From: Nannocystales bacterium
GTDB taxonomy: Bacteria > Myxococcota_A > Polyangia > Nannocystales > Nannocystaceae
Reading direction: 5' to 3'
Length of the DNA stretch: 64,000 nt
Assembly (NCBI GenBank): GCA_050633305.1
Contig: JBOEGF010000005.1
Location: 64,001-128,000 of the forward strand
In this document: one piece after another, positions 42,205 to 51,055 of the stretch
Layout: the number at the start of each line of letters is the position of its first letter
Numbering within the stretch: the first letter of the stretch is position 1
Program-made: the position numbers and the translations under genes
Notes under the pieces: generated by a model
What the model was told of the DNA's origin: nothing
Seen by the model: the letters and a program-made list of their open reading frames with translations, nothing else
The model's database searches: none

Positions 42205-43880
42205 CCGGCGGATCGGAGTCCGCGAGGTCGGCGGACGAGGCAAAGGAGGAATCCCAGCAGCCAAGTGAGGGCGGGCGGTTGCTGGGACCGGCAGGAGCAC
42301 CCTCCGTCATCCGTCATTTCGGAGACCGCTCCGGTCGAGGGAGCGGTGTCGCTGGTGCCGGCGGTCGCGGTGTCGGACCCGGAGCTCGAGTCCGGGCCAT
42401 GGGTCCCGCCTGTGGTGAGCGGTCCCGGGTCTGCTGTGTCTCCGGAGGAACTCGCGTCCGTGTCGGTACCTGAGCCTGTTCCGGGATCCTCCTGGGCGAC
42501 GGACGGGCACCCCTCGGGCACCAGCGCGGCGGCGCGCTCGTGCAGGTAGGATTCGATCGCGGTGTAGCCGCTGTCCAGGATGGTTGCGGCATCGGTCCCG
42601 TCGTTGGGGTCCAGGCCGGCCGCCAGCTCCCACGGGTCAGGCATCCCATCGTCGTCTTGGTCCTCGGGCGGGTCTGTGGGGACGAGTCCCTCCATGAGGT
42701 CGGGGGGCACCCGTGCGCCCCAGGTGCCGCTGCGGGCCTCCGTTTCGCTGACCGAGCGAAGCGAGACCACATCCCGCGGCCACGCGCCCGAGCAGGCCAA
42801 GACCATCTCCAGTGCCTCGGAAGCACTGCGCTCGGTCACGGGCACGCGGTCGGGTACCAGGGAGTCCCAATCGGGCTCTTCGGTCGCACGATACGACTCC
42901 GGCAAGCGCAGGTCTTCGAAGCTGGGGTGCGACCACGGCGTCGTCCACGGGTTGTCGACGACACCGGTGAACACGCCGGGGTCGTCGATGAAGTTGTCCG
43001 CGAGGAAGTACTGAAGTTCGGGGTCGCGACCGCCCGCTTCGTCATCGAAGAAGAATGGGAACAGGTCATCGTCTGCCCCGGCGAGGTAGTTGTTTCCGGC
43101 GATCGAAAACGCTCCGGCGGCGGGGTTGTGATGCACGAATCCGTGCCGGACGTTGTAGGCCACGTTGCCGCGTACCTCGCTCGGTCCGGTCGCGAGCGCG
43201 GGGCTGCGGTTGCGGTGGTGCGCGAACAGATTGTGAAGGATCGACGCTCGCGCCCCATTCGGCCCCTGGATCAGACCGTAGTTGTGCACGCCTTCGGGAT
43301 GGCCTGAGGTTGCGGAGCTTTCGATCGTCGACCACTGGACGGTCACGTCCTGGGCTTCATACAGGTCGATCGTTTCGTCGATGGCAAACGATGCCGAGAC
43401 ATGGTCTAGCAGAACGCCCGAGCACCTCGACAACGCGATGGCGTCAAACTGTTCCCCGGGCCCCATGGGGGTGGTGGGGCGGACCCGGACGTGGCGGACG
43501 ATGATGTTGTCGATCCCGAACTCGTACGCGGCCACGAGCCGGCCGTCGATGGTGACTCCCGCTCCCGGCGCGGACTCTCCGGCGATCGTGACATCGCCGT
43601 GCGGGATGATGATCTCGTCGGCTTCAATCACGCCGCTCACGTCGAACACAATGATTCGCGGACCGTCGGTGTCCAGGGCCGCCTGCAGACTCCCCGGCCC
43701 GGAGGGGGCAAGCGTCGTCACTTTGATGACCCGGCCTCCACGTCCACCCGTGACCGCCCCTGCGATGCCCTCGGCTCCCGGGAACGACGGCAAGGCGCTG
43801 GCCTCGGAGCTCGCGAACAGGCAGACCAGCGCCGCTGTGAGGCAGATCGATCGGTTGATGGAGTGCGGTCCGCTGCCCAC
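42201..43880 (-). CDS. Pectate-lyase-like (PL1-type beta-helix) protein with MYXO-CTERM anchor
   Basis: SFPGAEG...GGRGGRVIKVTTL...GPGSLQAAL, TIAGESAPG, LDHVSAS..DE, DQDDDGMPD.WE; C-terminal GGCSC-TM-RR. Confidence 0.85.
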   Translation of the reverse strand: MGSGPHSINRSICLTAALVCLFASSEASALPSFPGAEGIAGAVTGGRGGRVIKVTTLAPSGPGSLQAALDTDGPRIIVFDVSGVIEADEIIIPHGDVTIAGESAPGAGVTIDGRLVAAYEFGIDNIIVRHVRVRPTTPMGPGEQFDAIALSRCSGVLLDHVSASFAIDETIDLYEAQDVTVQWSTIESSATSGHPEGVHNYGLIQGPNGARASILHNLFAHHRNRSPALATGPSEVRGNVAYNVRHGFVHHNPAAGAFSIAGNNYLAGADDDLFPFFFDDEAGGRDPELQYFLADNFIDDPGVFTGVVDNPWTTPWSHPSFEDLRLPESYRATEEPDWDSLVPDRVPVTERSASEALEMVLACSGAWPRDVVSLRSVSETEARSGTWGARVPPDLMEGLVPTDPPEDQDDDGMPDPWELAAGLDPNDGTDAATILDSGYTAIESYLHERAAALVPEGCPSVAQEDPGTGSGTDTDASSSGDTADPGPLTTGGTHGPDSSSGSDTATAGTSDTAPSTGAVSEMTDDGGCSCRSQQPPALTWLLGFLLCLVRRPRGLRSAG

Positions 43881-44160
43881 GTCCGTATCTTACCTGCGCG
43901 GGCGTCATGTTCAGTGGGACTTGGGCCGAGCTGTCGTGTCATCTGGTGTGGGGTCGCCGTATGTACAGTTACGACACCACCGCGGTGTCGGAGTGGTGCG
44001 ATATCGACCGGGTGTCACGATGGAACCCGAACCGTTTCGGTTCGACTTCGGAGCGCACTTCCGCGGCGGGCTCGAGCCGAGCGCTGGGGCTGACAGGATG
44101 ATGTTCTGCTCAGTTGGTCGCCTGTCCTTTTGGGTCATGTCTCGGTGGGGATCTCTTCAC

Positions 44161-44186
44161 TGGAGATCTGCTGGATCAGATCTCCA
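44161..44186. repeat. Perfect 10-bp inverted repeat
   Basis: TGGAGATCTG-ctggat-CAGATCTCCA in a gene-free interval. Confidence 0.7.
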
Positions 44187-44288
44187 AGCGCACGATCCCG
44201 GGATCTGATCGATGATGTTCTTTTGGGGCCATGTTGAGCGATCGATGAAAACACTACGGAATCGCCGATCCACCTGAACGCAACGCGC

Positions 44289-44480
44289 CTAGCGTTCGCG
44301 ACGGGTGATCGCATAGATCCAAGGTATGCATCTGACGACGCTGGTCGAACTCCTCGAGCGTGATGTGGGCAGCAGTGCTTCCACCCGGGCCAAGCTCGCT
44401 GAACTCCTGGCGGAGCGAGGCGACTCTCGCGGCGCCAACGTGCAGTCCCGAATCGCGCATCGCATGGCGCAGCACGGGTC
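44289..44480 (-). pseudogene. Degraded ECF sigma region-2 fragment
   Basis: AAHITLEEFDQRRQMHT, one extra base at 44322, then WIYAITRR and stop. Confidence 0.4.
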
Positions 44481-44583
44481 CGCTCGCAAGAGCGACGCGT
44501 AGCGGCGCTGGAGGGACGCCCCCCTTGCGTGGCGGCGTCCCGGCGGCGTCCCGGCTACGAGCCTGCGGACCCCGAGGAGTGCC

Positions 44584-45070
44584 CTACACGCACTGCGAAG
44601 GTGTCGCGCCCGTCTCGTCGACGACCGGTGGCTGGCAGCTGCCGCCACCGCAATCCGCATCGCTAGCGCAGGGTCCACAGACGCCCACCTCGGCGATCCC
44701 GAGTCCGGCGACGTCGACGACGGCACAGATCCCCGACGCGCAGGCCGAAGCGTCTCCATCCGCCGGGCAGAACGTCCCGTCCGCGCCAGTTCCTTGCGCA
44801 ACGCAATGGAGGAAGCCGGCCGGCTGTAGGCCGTCTATGATGACATTCGGGGTGCAGACTTCCCCTGCCGCGCAGTTGGCCGTGGAAGCGCAGTCGCTGC
44901 AGAACGTGTCCGGCAAGACACCGTTGGTGTCGACGAGTGGCTCGCAGCTCAGGCCGGGCGCGCATCCCATCGCGGCCGGGTTGCACATCACGCCGAGTTC
45001 ACCGCTTGTGCACGCCCGAAGTGCACGCAACGGTCAGCCACAGCGCGCACAACCGGCTGCTCGAGCGCAT
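44584..45070 (-). pseudogene. Frameshifted Cys-rich lipoprotein
   Basis: MRSSSRLCALWLTVAC signal from ATG 45070 is 1 nt out of frame with the Cys-rich body ACTSGELGVMCNP...QCV. Confidence 0.5.
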
Positions 45071-45090
45071 GTGCGACACGATAGCAGGGG

Positions 45091-45891
45091 ATGCGCGTTG
45101 CTATCCTTCCGTGGGTGAGCCTCGCAAGTCGGCGGCGTTTCTCCGAGGTCGTGGCAGCGTCGATGGTGTCGTTGGCTTGCGGTTGTGTGCATCCCGCGGA
45201 GCGGCCTACCGTGGTCGTCGCAGGCAGCGGTGACGCGCATGTGCTGCCGGCTCGTTTCGAGGTCGTGTGCTGGAACGTCCACAAGAACGCAGATCCTGCT
45301 GCCGCGCTCCTCGGGCTCGCACCGGATGCCGATCTCGTTCTACTTCAGGAGTCAGCATCGGTGACCGGGGGACCTCCGGGATACGCAATGATGGTTGTCG
45401 CGTTCCGACGCGCGCGTGATGGACGACCCGCCGGGGTCAAGACGGTCACGGGAGTCGCGCCCACCTCGACCACTGCATTGCTCTCGGATACGCGAGAGCC
45501 CCTCGTCCGCACCCCGAAGTCGGCGTTGGTCAGCACCGTTCCGCTCGCACCCGGCGGGTCGTTGTTGGTGGCCAATGTGCACGGTGTGAATTTTCGCAAC
45601 GCCCGAGCTCTGGCTGGGCAGCTCGAAGAACTCGACCCGCTCCTACGGGAGCACACGGGACCCATCATCGTCGCCGGAGACTTCAACACCTGGAGCCGGG
45701 CCCGCCACGACGCCTTGGTGGACTTCGCTCAGCAGCACGGGCTCGAGAGTGTGTTCGTGGGCGCGGATGCCCCACGCCTCGATGCGGTGCTCTTCCGCGG
45801 CCTGCACCCCGAAGACTCGAGCGTGATTCCGAGCAAGGCGTCGGACCATGACGTGTTGCGGGTTCGGTTTTCCGTCCGGGAGGCCTCGTAA
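45091..45891 (+). CDS. Endonuclease/exonuclease/phosphatase family protein (YafD-like), possibly a lipoprotein; start uncertain
   Basis: WNVHK, LVLLQE, ANVHGVNF, AGDFNTW, LD.V, SDH motifs. Confidence 0.85.
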   Translation: MRVAILPWVSLASRRRFSEVVAASMVSLACGCVHPAERPTVVVAGSGDAHVLPARFEVVCWNVHKNADPAAALLGLAPDADLVLLQESASVTGGPPGYAMMVVAFRRARDGRPAGVKTVTGVAPTSTTALLSDTREPLVRTPKSALVSTVPLAPGGSLLVANVHGVNFRNARALAGQLEELDPLLREHTGPIIVAGDFNTWSRARHDALVDFAQQHGLESVFVGADAPRLDAVLFRGLHPEDSSVIPSKASDHDVLRVRFSVREAS

Positions 45892-45941
45892 CCCCGGAGA
45901 AACTCCGTGGGCGCTCCGCGTGCATACGCTACGCTGTTGGT

Positions 45942-46694
45942 ATGGGCGGTCGCGTCGCGTCGCTGTCAGTTCTTGTTGGACTCGCCGGCTGCGCGCGCCC
46001 AAACCCGGCGTACGGAGGCGCGACGGACTCTGCATCGTCCTCGGACGCTGCGAGCGCGGGCGTCATGACAAGCGGCGCGACGAGAGGGACCGATCCGTCG
46101 GAAGGTGTTGGCCCGCAGACGGACTCCGTCGCCGACTCCACCACATTGACGGGCATCGGTCCGCGCTCCACTGGGTCCACGTCGGAGGCGTTCTCCGATG
46201 GCGGACCCGAGCTCGCGGGGCTGCTCTGGGTGACAGCGCCCGTCATGGGCGATTGGGACAATGCGGACGGTGACCGGTGTGGGGCGGCTCTGGGTCCAAC
46301 GGGGGCGATTTGCGTGAACACGCCGATTGTCATCGCCGGTCGAGAACAGACCCCGATCGCCGAACTCCCGGGGCGGTTCGAATTCCTCGACGGACCGTTC
46401 TACGCGGCGACCACCGGGCAGCTCGTCCTCGAGAGTCTCGATGACCTCGTCGACGGCATCGTCGAGGCCGAGTTCGTCGAAGCACTGAGCACCACCGATC
46501 TCGCCGCTGAACTCTATGTGTGGCGTGGCCCCCTCGTGTTACCCGGCGATGCCAACTGTGAAGACTGGTCCACTCCCAAGGGCAACGGCACCCTGTTTCT
46601 GTTCCAAGCTGGCTCCAGCGCGGTCGCGACAGCGAGTCGAGCGCCGTGTGTGTCGAGTGTCCGCCTGCTGTGTAGCTGCGCGGGGATTCCATAG
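45942..46694 (+). CDS. Hypothetical lipoprotein (Cys-containing C-terminal domain, DUF1554-like)
   Basis: LAGC lipobox with RPNPAYG; C-terminal NCEDWS...C...LLCSC. Confidence 0.65.
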   Translation: MGGRVASLSVLVGLAGCARPNPAYGGATDSASSSDAASAGVMTSGATRGTDPSEGVGPQTDSVADSTTLTGIGPRSTGSTSEAFSDGGPELAGLLWVTAPVMGDWDNADGDRCGAALGPTGAICVNTPIVIAGREQTPIAELPGRFEFLDGPFYAATTGQLVLESLDDLVDGIVEAEFVEALSTTDLAAELYVWRGPLVLPGDANCEDWSTPKGNGTLFLFQAGSSAVATASRAPCVSSVRLLCSCAGIP

Positions 46695-46784
46695 AGCGGC
46701 CGAGCGCAAGATTCGCGGCCCGGCGGTCCGCGGAGCCGGGATTGAAGACGGCCAGCGAGGCGACACCCCTGGTAGACTCTGGAC

Positions 46785-47240
46785 ATGGGAAAACTCTTAG
46801 CTTGTCCATCGTGTAGCGCTCACGTTCGAGCCTCCGAGTCCTCTTGTCCGCACTGCGGCGTTCGGGTTCGCAACGACCGCGGTGTCGTCATCCGGACGGC
46901 GGGCGCCATGCTCATGGGGCTGAGCCTCACTGCATGCCCCGCCGACGACGACGGGGATGACACGGGTGCTGGGCCGACAACCGCGACCAGCGGTTCGGGT
47001 AGCACCTCGGCGCCCGGTAGCACCTCTGCGCCCGGCAGTACCTCCGACAGCACCACGGGGGAGCCCGACCCAAGCTCCTCGTCGTTCGGGGGCGCGGAGT
47101 ATGGCGTCGCGGAGACCGGTGACTTCACGACCAGCAGCTCCGGGTCCTCCGGTGGAACGGGGACCGACACGGATGCTGGCAGCAGCAGCACAGGCCTCGG
47201 GGGCCCGGACTACGGGGTTCCCGAGACCACGGGTCGCTAG
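46785..47240 (+). CDS. Small protein: zinc ribbon, internal lipobox and Ser/Thr linker with two YGVxET motifs
   Basis: CPSC..HVR.SE..CPHC; AGAMLMGLSLTAC; AEYGVAET and PDYGVPET; 18-nt STSAPG tandem repeat at about 47001-47036. Confidence 0.75.
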   Translation: MGKLLACPSCSAHVRASESSCPHCGVRVRNDRGVVIRTAGAMLMGLSLTACPADDDGDDTGAGPTTATSGSGSTSAPGSTSAPGSTSDSTTGEPDPSSSSFGGAEYGVAETGDFTTSSSGSSGGTGTDTDAGSSSTGLGGPDYGVPETTGR

Positions 47241-47380
47241 CGGCAGGCGGGCCTCGGTCTCCGTCGGCCCCCTGACGGTCAGTGCCGCGCGGCGATGCCG
47301 TCGGGCCGAGCATCGCCGATGCACGAGCTTGCGATTCGCGTCTATCCTCCGGCCAGGTGGGGAGATCCGGGCAGTGGAAC

Positions 47381-48580
47381 ATGTCGGCTGACGTCGCCCG
47401 TCGGCTCGCTCTGGGTGCGCAAGGATTTGGCGACAAAGCACCCAGCGCATCGGTCGACCGGCGCCATCTCAGGCGCGTGATGGGCCGGCTTCGGGTGCTT
47501 CAGCTCGACTCGATCCCCGTCGTCATTCGGACCCAGTACCTCCCGTTCCATTCCCGTCTTGGCCCTTACGACGCAGGGTTGCTCGATCGCGTTGCGTACC
47601 GCGACGATGAGTGGTTCGAGGCTTGGGCGCATGAGGCCTCGCTGCTTCCGGTCGCGTCCGAACCTCTTTTCCGTTGGATGAAGGAAAGGGTGAGGTCGGG
47701 GCACACGTGGAAGTGGCTCCACCAGTTCTCCGAGCGCGAGCCCGCCTACGTGCAGAGCGTTCTCGATGAGGTCCGGGAGCGTGGGACCGTGGCTCCGGGG
47801 GAGCTGAGCGATCCCAGACCGGTGGCGAAAAAGAGCGGCGGTTGGGGCAACCGCTCGCATGGGGCGTTGGCGCTGGATTGGCTGTTTCGGGTCGGTGAAC
47901 TCGGGATTCGTCGCCGCGGAAACTTCGAGAAGCACTTCAGCCCTCTCGAGGACGTCGTAGGGGAGCCCGTGATCTCCACGCCTACACCAACGGCCGCGGA
48001 TGCCCTTCGGGAGCTGACGGTGCAGTCGGTGCTGTCTCTCGGAGTCGGCACCGCGGCGGATGTTGCGGACTACTTCCGCCTTCCGATCCGCGAGGTTCGG
48101 CCTGCGCTCGCGGAGTTGGTCGAGGATGGCCGCGTTCTGGATGCCACGGTGCCGGGCTGGAAGCATCCGGCCTTTGCAGACCCGAATGGACGGGCGCCTC
48201 GCAAACTCGAAGGTGCCACCGTGCTTTCGCCGTTCGACCCCGTCGTCTGGAAGCGAGACCGCGCACAGCGGCTCTTCGACTTCGAGTACAAGATCGAGAT
48301 CTACGTGCCGGAGGCGAAGCGCCGGTGGGGGTACTACGTGCTGCCCGTGCTGATCGACGGACACATCGTTGCGCGGCTCGATGTGAAGACGGATCGAGAG
48401 CACCGGGTGTTGCGGATCAAGTCATCCCACGCCGAGCCCGGGCATGCCGATGCGGCGACAGCGGAGAGGGTCGCGGAGGCCGTTCGCGACCTGGCGCTGC
48501 TGGTCGAGGCGGAGTCGATCGATGTCGAAAAGAAGGGCGATCTGGCTCCGATGCTTCGGCGCGTTTTTCGTGAGAGTTAG
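47381..48580 (+). CDS. YcaQ/AlkZ-like winged-helix DNA glycosylase (HTH_42), crosslink repair
   Basis: LQLDSI (QxD), SRLGPYD, FEAWAHEASLLP, LSPFDPVVWKRDR, FEYKIEIYVP..KR.WGYYVLP. Confidence 0.88.
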   Translation: MSADVARRLALGAQGFGDKAPSASVDRRHLRRVMGRLRVLQLDSIPVVIRTQYLPFHSRLGPYDAGLLDRVAYRDDEWFEAWAHEASLLPVASEPLFRWMKERVRSGHTWKWLHQFSEREPAYVQSVLDEVRERGTVAPGELSDPRPVAKKSGGWGNRSHGALALDWLFRVGELGIRRRGNFEKHFSPLEDVVGEPVISTPTPTAADALRELTVQSVLSLGVGTAADVADYFRLPIREVRPALAELVEDGRVLDATVPGWKHPAFADPNGRAPRKLEGATVLSPFDPVVWKRDRAQRLFDFEYKIEIYVPEAKRRWGYYVLPVLIDGHIVARLDVKTDREHRVLRIKSSHAEPGHADAATAERVAEAVRDLALLVEAESIDVEKKGDLAPMLRRVFRES

Positions 48581-48657
48581 GCGCTGGGGCCGGTCGGGAA
48601 GGCCGCTACGACGAGCAGTCTGATGTGCCGGCACGGTGGTTGCAGACCGTGAGGGGC

Positions 48658-48969
48658 ATGGCACCACGCACATCAGTCGCAATCGTCGCGAACGGCGGAA
48701 GAACGCTCAGTGGGTTCTGTCGAAAAGCTTCCTTTGCCCAAGCGAGTCGTGCCTTCGATGACGCCGGTGCGCGGCTGTGGGCGACGGCTCAGGCCGAAGA
48801 CACCTCGACCGTCGTCTCGGTCGGGGTCGTTTCTGCGGAGTTCCACTCCTTGAAACAGGCCGAACGGGCGATGGCTTCGATGTTTCACCAACACACCCAG
48901 CAGACCGACCCAATGTGCCCCGCCGTGGCGCGCTGGGATGCCCTTGCCGTCGCCCACGCTCCGAGCTGA
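48658..48969 (+). CDS. Possible small hypothetical protein
   Basis: ATG preceded by GAGGGG; fills the intergenic gap; no recognisable motif. Confidence 0.3.
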   Translation: MAPRTSVAIVANGGRTLSGFCRKASFAQASRAFDDAGARLWATAQAEDTSTVVSVGVVSAEFHSLKQAERAMASMFHQHTQQTDPMCPAVARWDALAVAHAPS

Positions 48970-49029
48970 GTGTGTGGTGTGGGGTCCCTCGCGGGGTGCG
49001 GCAGAGGCCGTCGAGACCGGGGGCGAAGC

Positions 49030-49731
49030 TCAGAACGTCGCCTTGGTGAGCGCGATGAGGCGCTCGGTGAGGTCCTGTCGCTCGTCGACCTCGCCGTGAC
49101 AAGGTACCAACACGTTCGTGGCGCCGTTCGCAAAACACCGGACGGCCCACTCCCGGAACGCTGCGGGTTCGCCGACGCCGAGGCGAAAGGCCCGTCCGAC
49201 GCTCAGCCCGACTCTGAGCCCGTACAGCCGTTGCGCCAACCGAAGCCAGAAACCATCGGCAAGCTTCGCGATGTTCATGTAGGAATCGCAGACGATCCAG
49301 TAGACCCGGTCGTCGGGTCCGGCGGACAGCCACAGCTCACCGGTTCGTGACGCAGGAGGCGTGTGCAAGGCGACATGTGGCGGTAGCGCCGTCGAAAGCT
49401 GGCTTGCCGGCTCGACACAGGTTGAGCCGGCGACACGTTGGAGACGTTCGGTTGCCGAGGGCGCGGCGAACACTCGCGCGGTTGGGAACCGCGCCAGCCA
49501 AGGGCTGATGCCCAAGGTATGGCCGGAACTTGGGGCGACGAGCAGGAGCTCGACGTCGTCGTCCAAGAGCTCGGCTGCGCTGCTCACCAGCGGTGCGCCG
49601 GGGCTGTACACGAGCATGCGTTGTGCAGACAGCTGTACAAGCGTGGTTCTCGAGACGCCTCCGGGAAAGCGGTAGGTCGCGGTTCGCAGTTGGCCCGTCG
49701 TGTCGAGCGTCGTCCAGTTTGTCAGGTCCAA
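49030..49731 (-). CDS. DUF4336-like metallo-beta-lactamase-fold protein; start uncertain
   Basis: RTTLVQL...LVYSP, LVAPSSGH.L...W...FP, IVCD, LVPCHG. Confidence 0.6.
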   Translation of the reverse strand: MDLTNWTTLDTTGQLRTATYRFPGGVSRTTLVQLSAQRMLVYSPGAPLVSSAAELLDDDVELLLVAPSSGHTLGISPWLARFPTARVFAAPSATERLQRVAGSTCVEPASQLSTALPPHVALHTPPASRTGELWLSAGPDDRVYWIVCDSYMNIAKLADGFWLRLAQRLYGLRVGLSVGRAFRLGVGEPAAFREWAVRCFANGATNVLVPCHGEVDERQDLTERLIALTKATF

Positions 49732-49906
49732 AACCCCTCCATCGCGCCGTGGGATGGCACGGCGGATGCGAGCGGGCAATCACCGAAGCACTCGGGCGCG
49801 ACGAATCAGGATGACGCCGAACAAAGTCCGAGCCGTTCGCGTGGTTCGACCCGATTGTGTAGGCGTCGTCGCAGACAGCGGACGGGTCGGTCGGGCAAAG
49901 TCGTTG

Positions 49907-51055
49907 TCAGTCGCCACGAAGGGGGTTCGAGGTTGCAGGCCGGAGCCGGCGGTCGAGGATCCGGAGTCCATGTTCGCCTGGCCCGACGCCGAATCGCGTC
50001 CTCCACGTGGGGCTGATCGCGAGCTGTGTCAGGGCGAGCGCGCCGCCGACCAGGACGGACCCAGTCGCACCCAGCGTCCCCCAGACGCCGAATCCGACGC
50101 CGTAGAAGACCAACGCGAGGACGAGCGACTGTGAGAGGTAGTGCGTTGCGGAGAGCCGGCCCGCATGTGCCAGGGCGTTCGTCACCGGGCTGTTGGCGCT
50201 CAGTGGCCTCCACAGCACGGTGGCGTAGGCAAGGGCTCCGGTCGGCAGTGCCACGCAGGCGATGCTGTCCCGAAGCAGGCCAAGGGACGAGGGCGGAAGG
50301 GGAGGGACATCGGCGAGGACCGCAAGCGCCAGATTGCTCGTGATGGCGGTCGTGAACAGCACGCCCCATGCAAGAGGCGTCAGCACTGGGCGGCGGCGGA
50401 TCAGGAGCGCGCCGAGTAGGAACAGGCCAAGGAGGCGCAACAACCGACCGGAGCCTAGGGCGAGTATCCAGCGCTGCTTCAGGAAAGCCGCATTGGCCGA
50501 GAGCAACTCCGCGACGCCGCCCGAGGCGAAGGCGGGGAGGTCGTCGATGGGGCCGTAGATCAAGGCGGAGCCGTGCGCCGGGTCCAGCCACAGTAGAAGT
50601 AGACCGCTCACGACCATGGGGCTGAGCAAGAGGCCCACGGACCACCGGAGGATCGCCGCGTCGGAGCAGCGCAGCAACGCGGCCAAGGGGACGGCCGCCA
50701 CGGCGTAAAGGCTGAGAATGTCGCCGAACCACACCAGCGTGGCGTGGGCGCAGCCGACGAGGAACAACGCGAGCAAGCGGGCCCGGGCGGCGGCGTTTGG
50801 GTCGCGGCCACAGTCTCGCTCTCGCTGCAGCATCAGGCTGAACGACGCTCCGAACAGCAGGGAGAACAACGCATAGAACTTCCCGTCGACCAGAACGTGG
50901 AGGGCAAACGTGACCGACGTGTCGAGCCCGAGCGCATCTTTGGTGGGTGTCGGATCGACCGCGTACCCTGAGAACCACTGCACGTTCCCCAAGACGATGC
51001 CGAGCAGTGCGAAGCCCCGAAGCGCGTCGAGTTGTTGGACGCGGCCGGAGGTCAC
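49907..51055 (-). CDS. DUF418 (YeiB-like) membrane protein
   Basis: LDALRGFALLGI, DGKFYALFSLLFG, H...WFGDIL..Y, GRLSATHYLSQS, GPGE; GTGA-coupled to the MFS gene. Confidence 0.88.
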   Translation of the reverse strand: MTSGRVQQLDALRGFALLGIVLGNVQWFSGYAVDPTPTKDALGLDTSVTFALHVLVDGKFYALFSLLFGASFSLMLQRERDCGRDPNAAARARLLALFLVGCAHATLVWFGDILSLYAVAAVPLAALLRCSDAAILRWSVGLLLSPMVVSGLLLLWLDPAHGSALIYGPIDDLPAFASGGVAELLSANAAFLKQRWILALGSGRLLRLLGLFLLGALLIRRRPVLTPLAWGVLFTTAITSNLALAVLADVPPLPPSSLGLLRDSIACVALPTGALAYATVLWRPLSANSPVTNALAHAGRLSATHYLSQSLVLALVFYGVGFGVWGTLGATGSVLVGGALALTQLAISPTWRTRFGVGPGEHGLRILDRRLRPATSNPLRGD

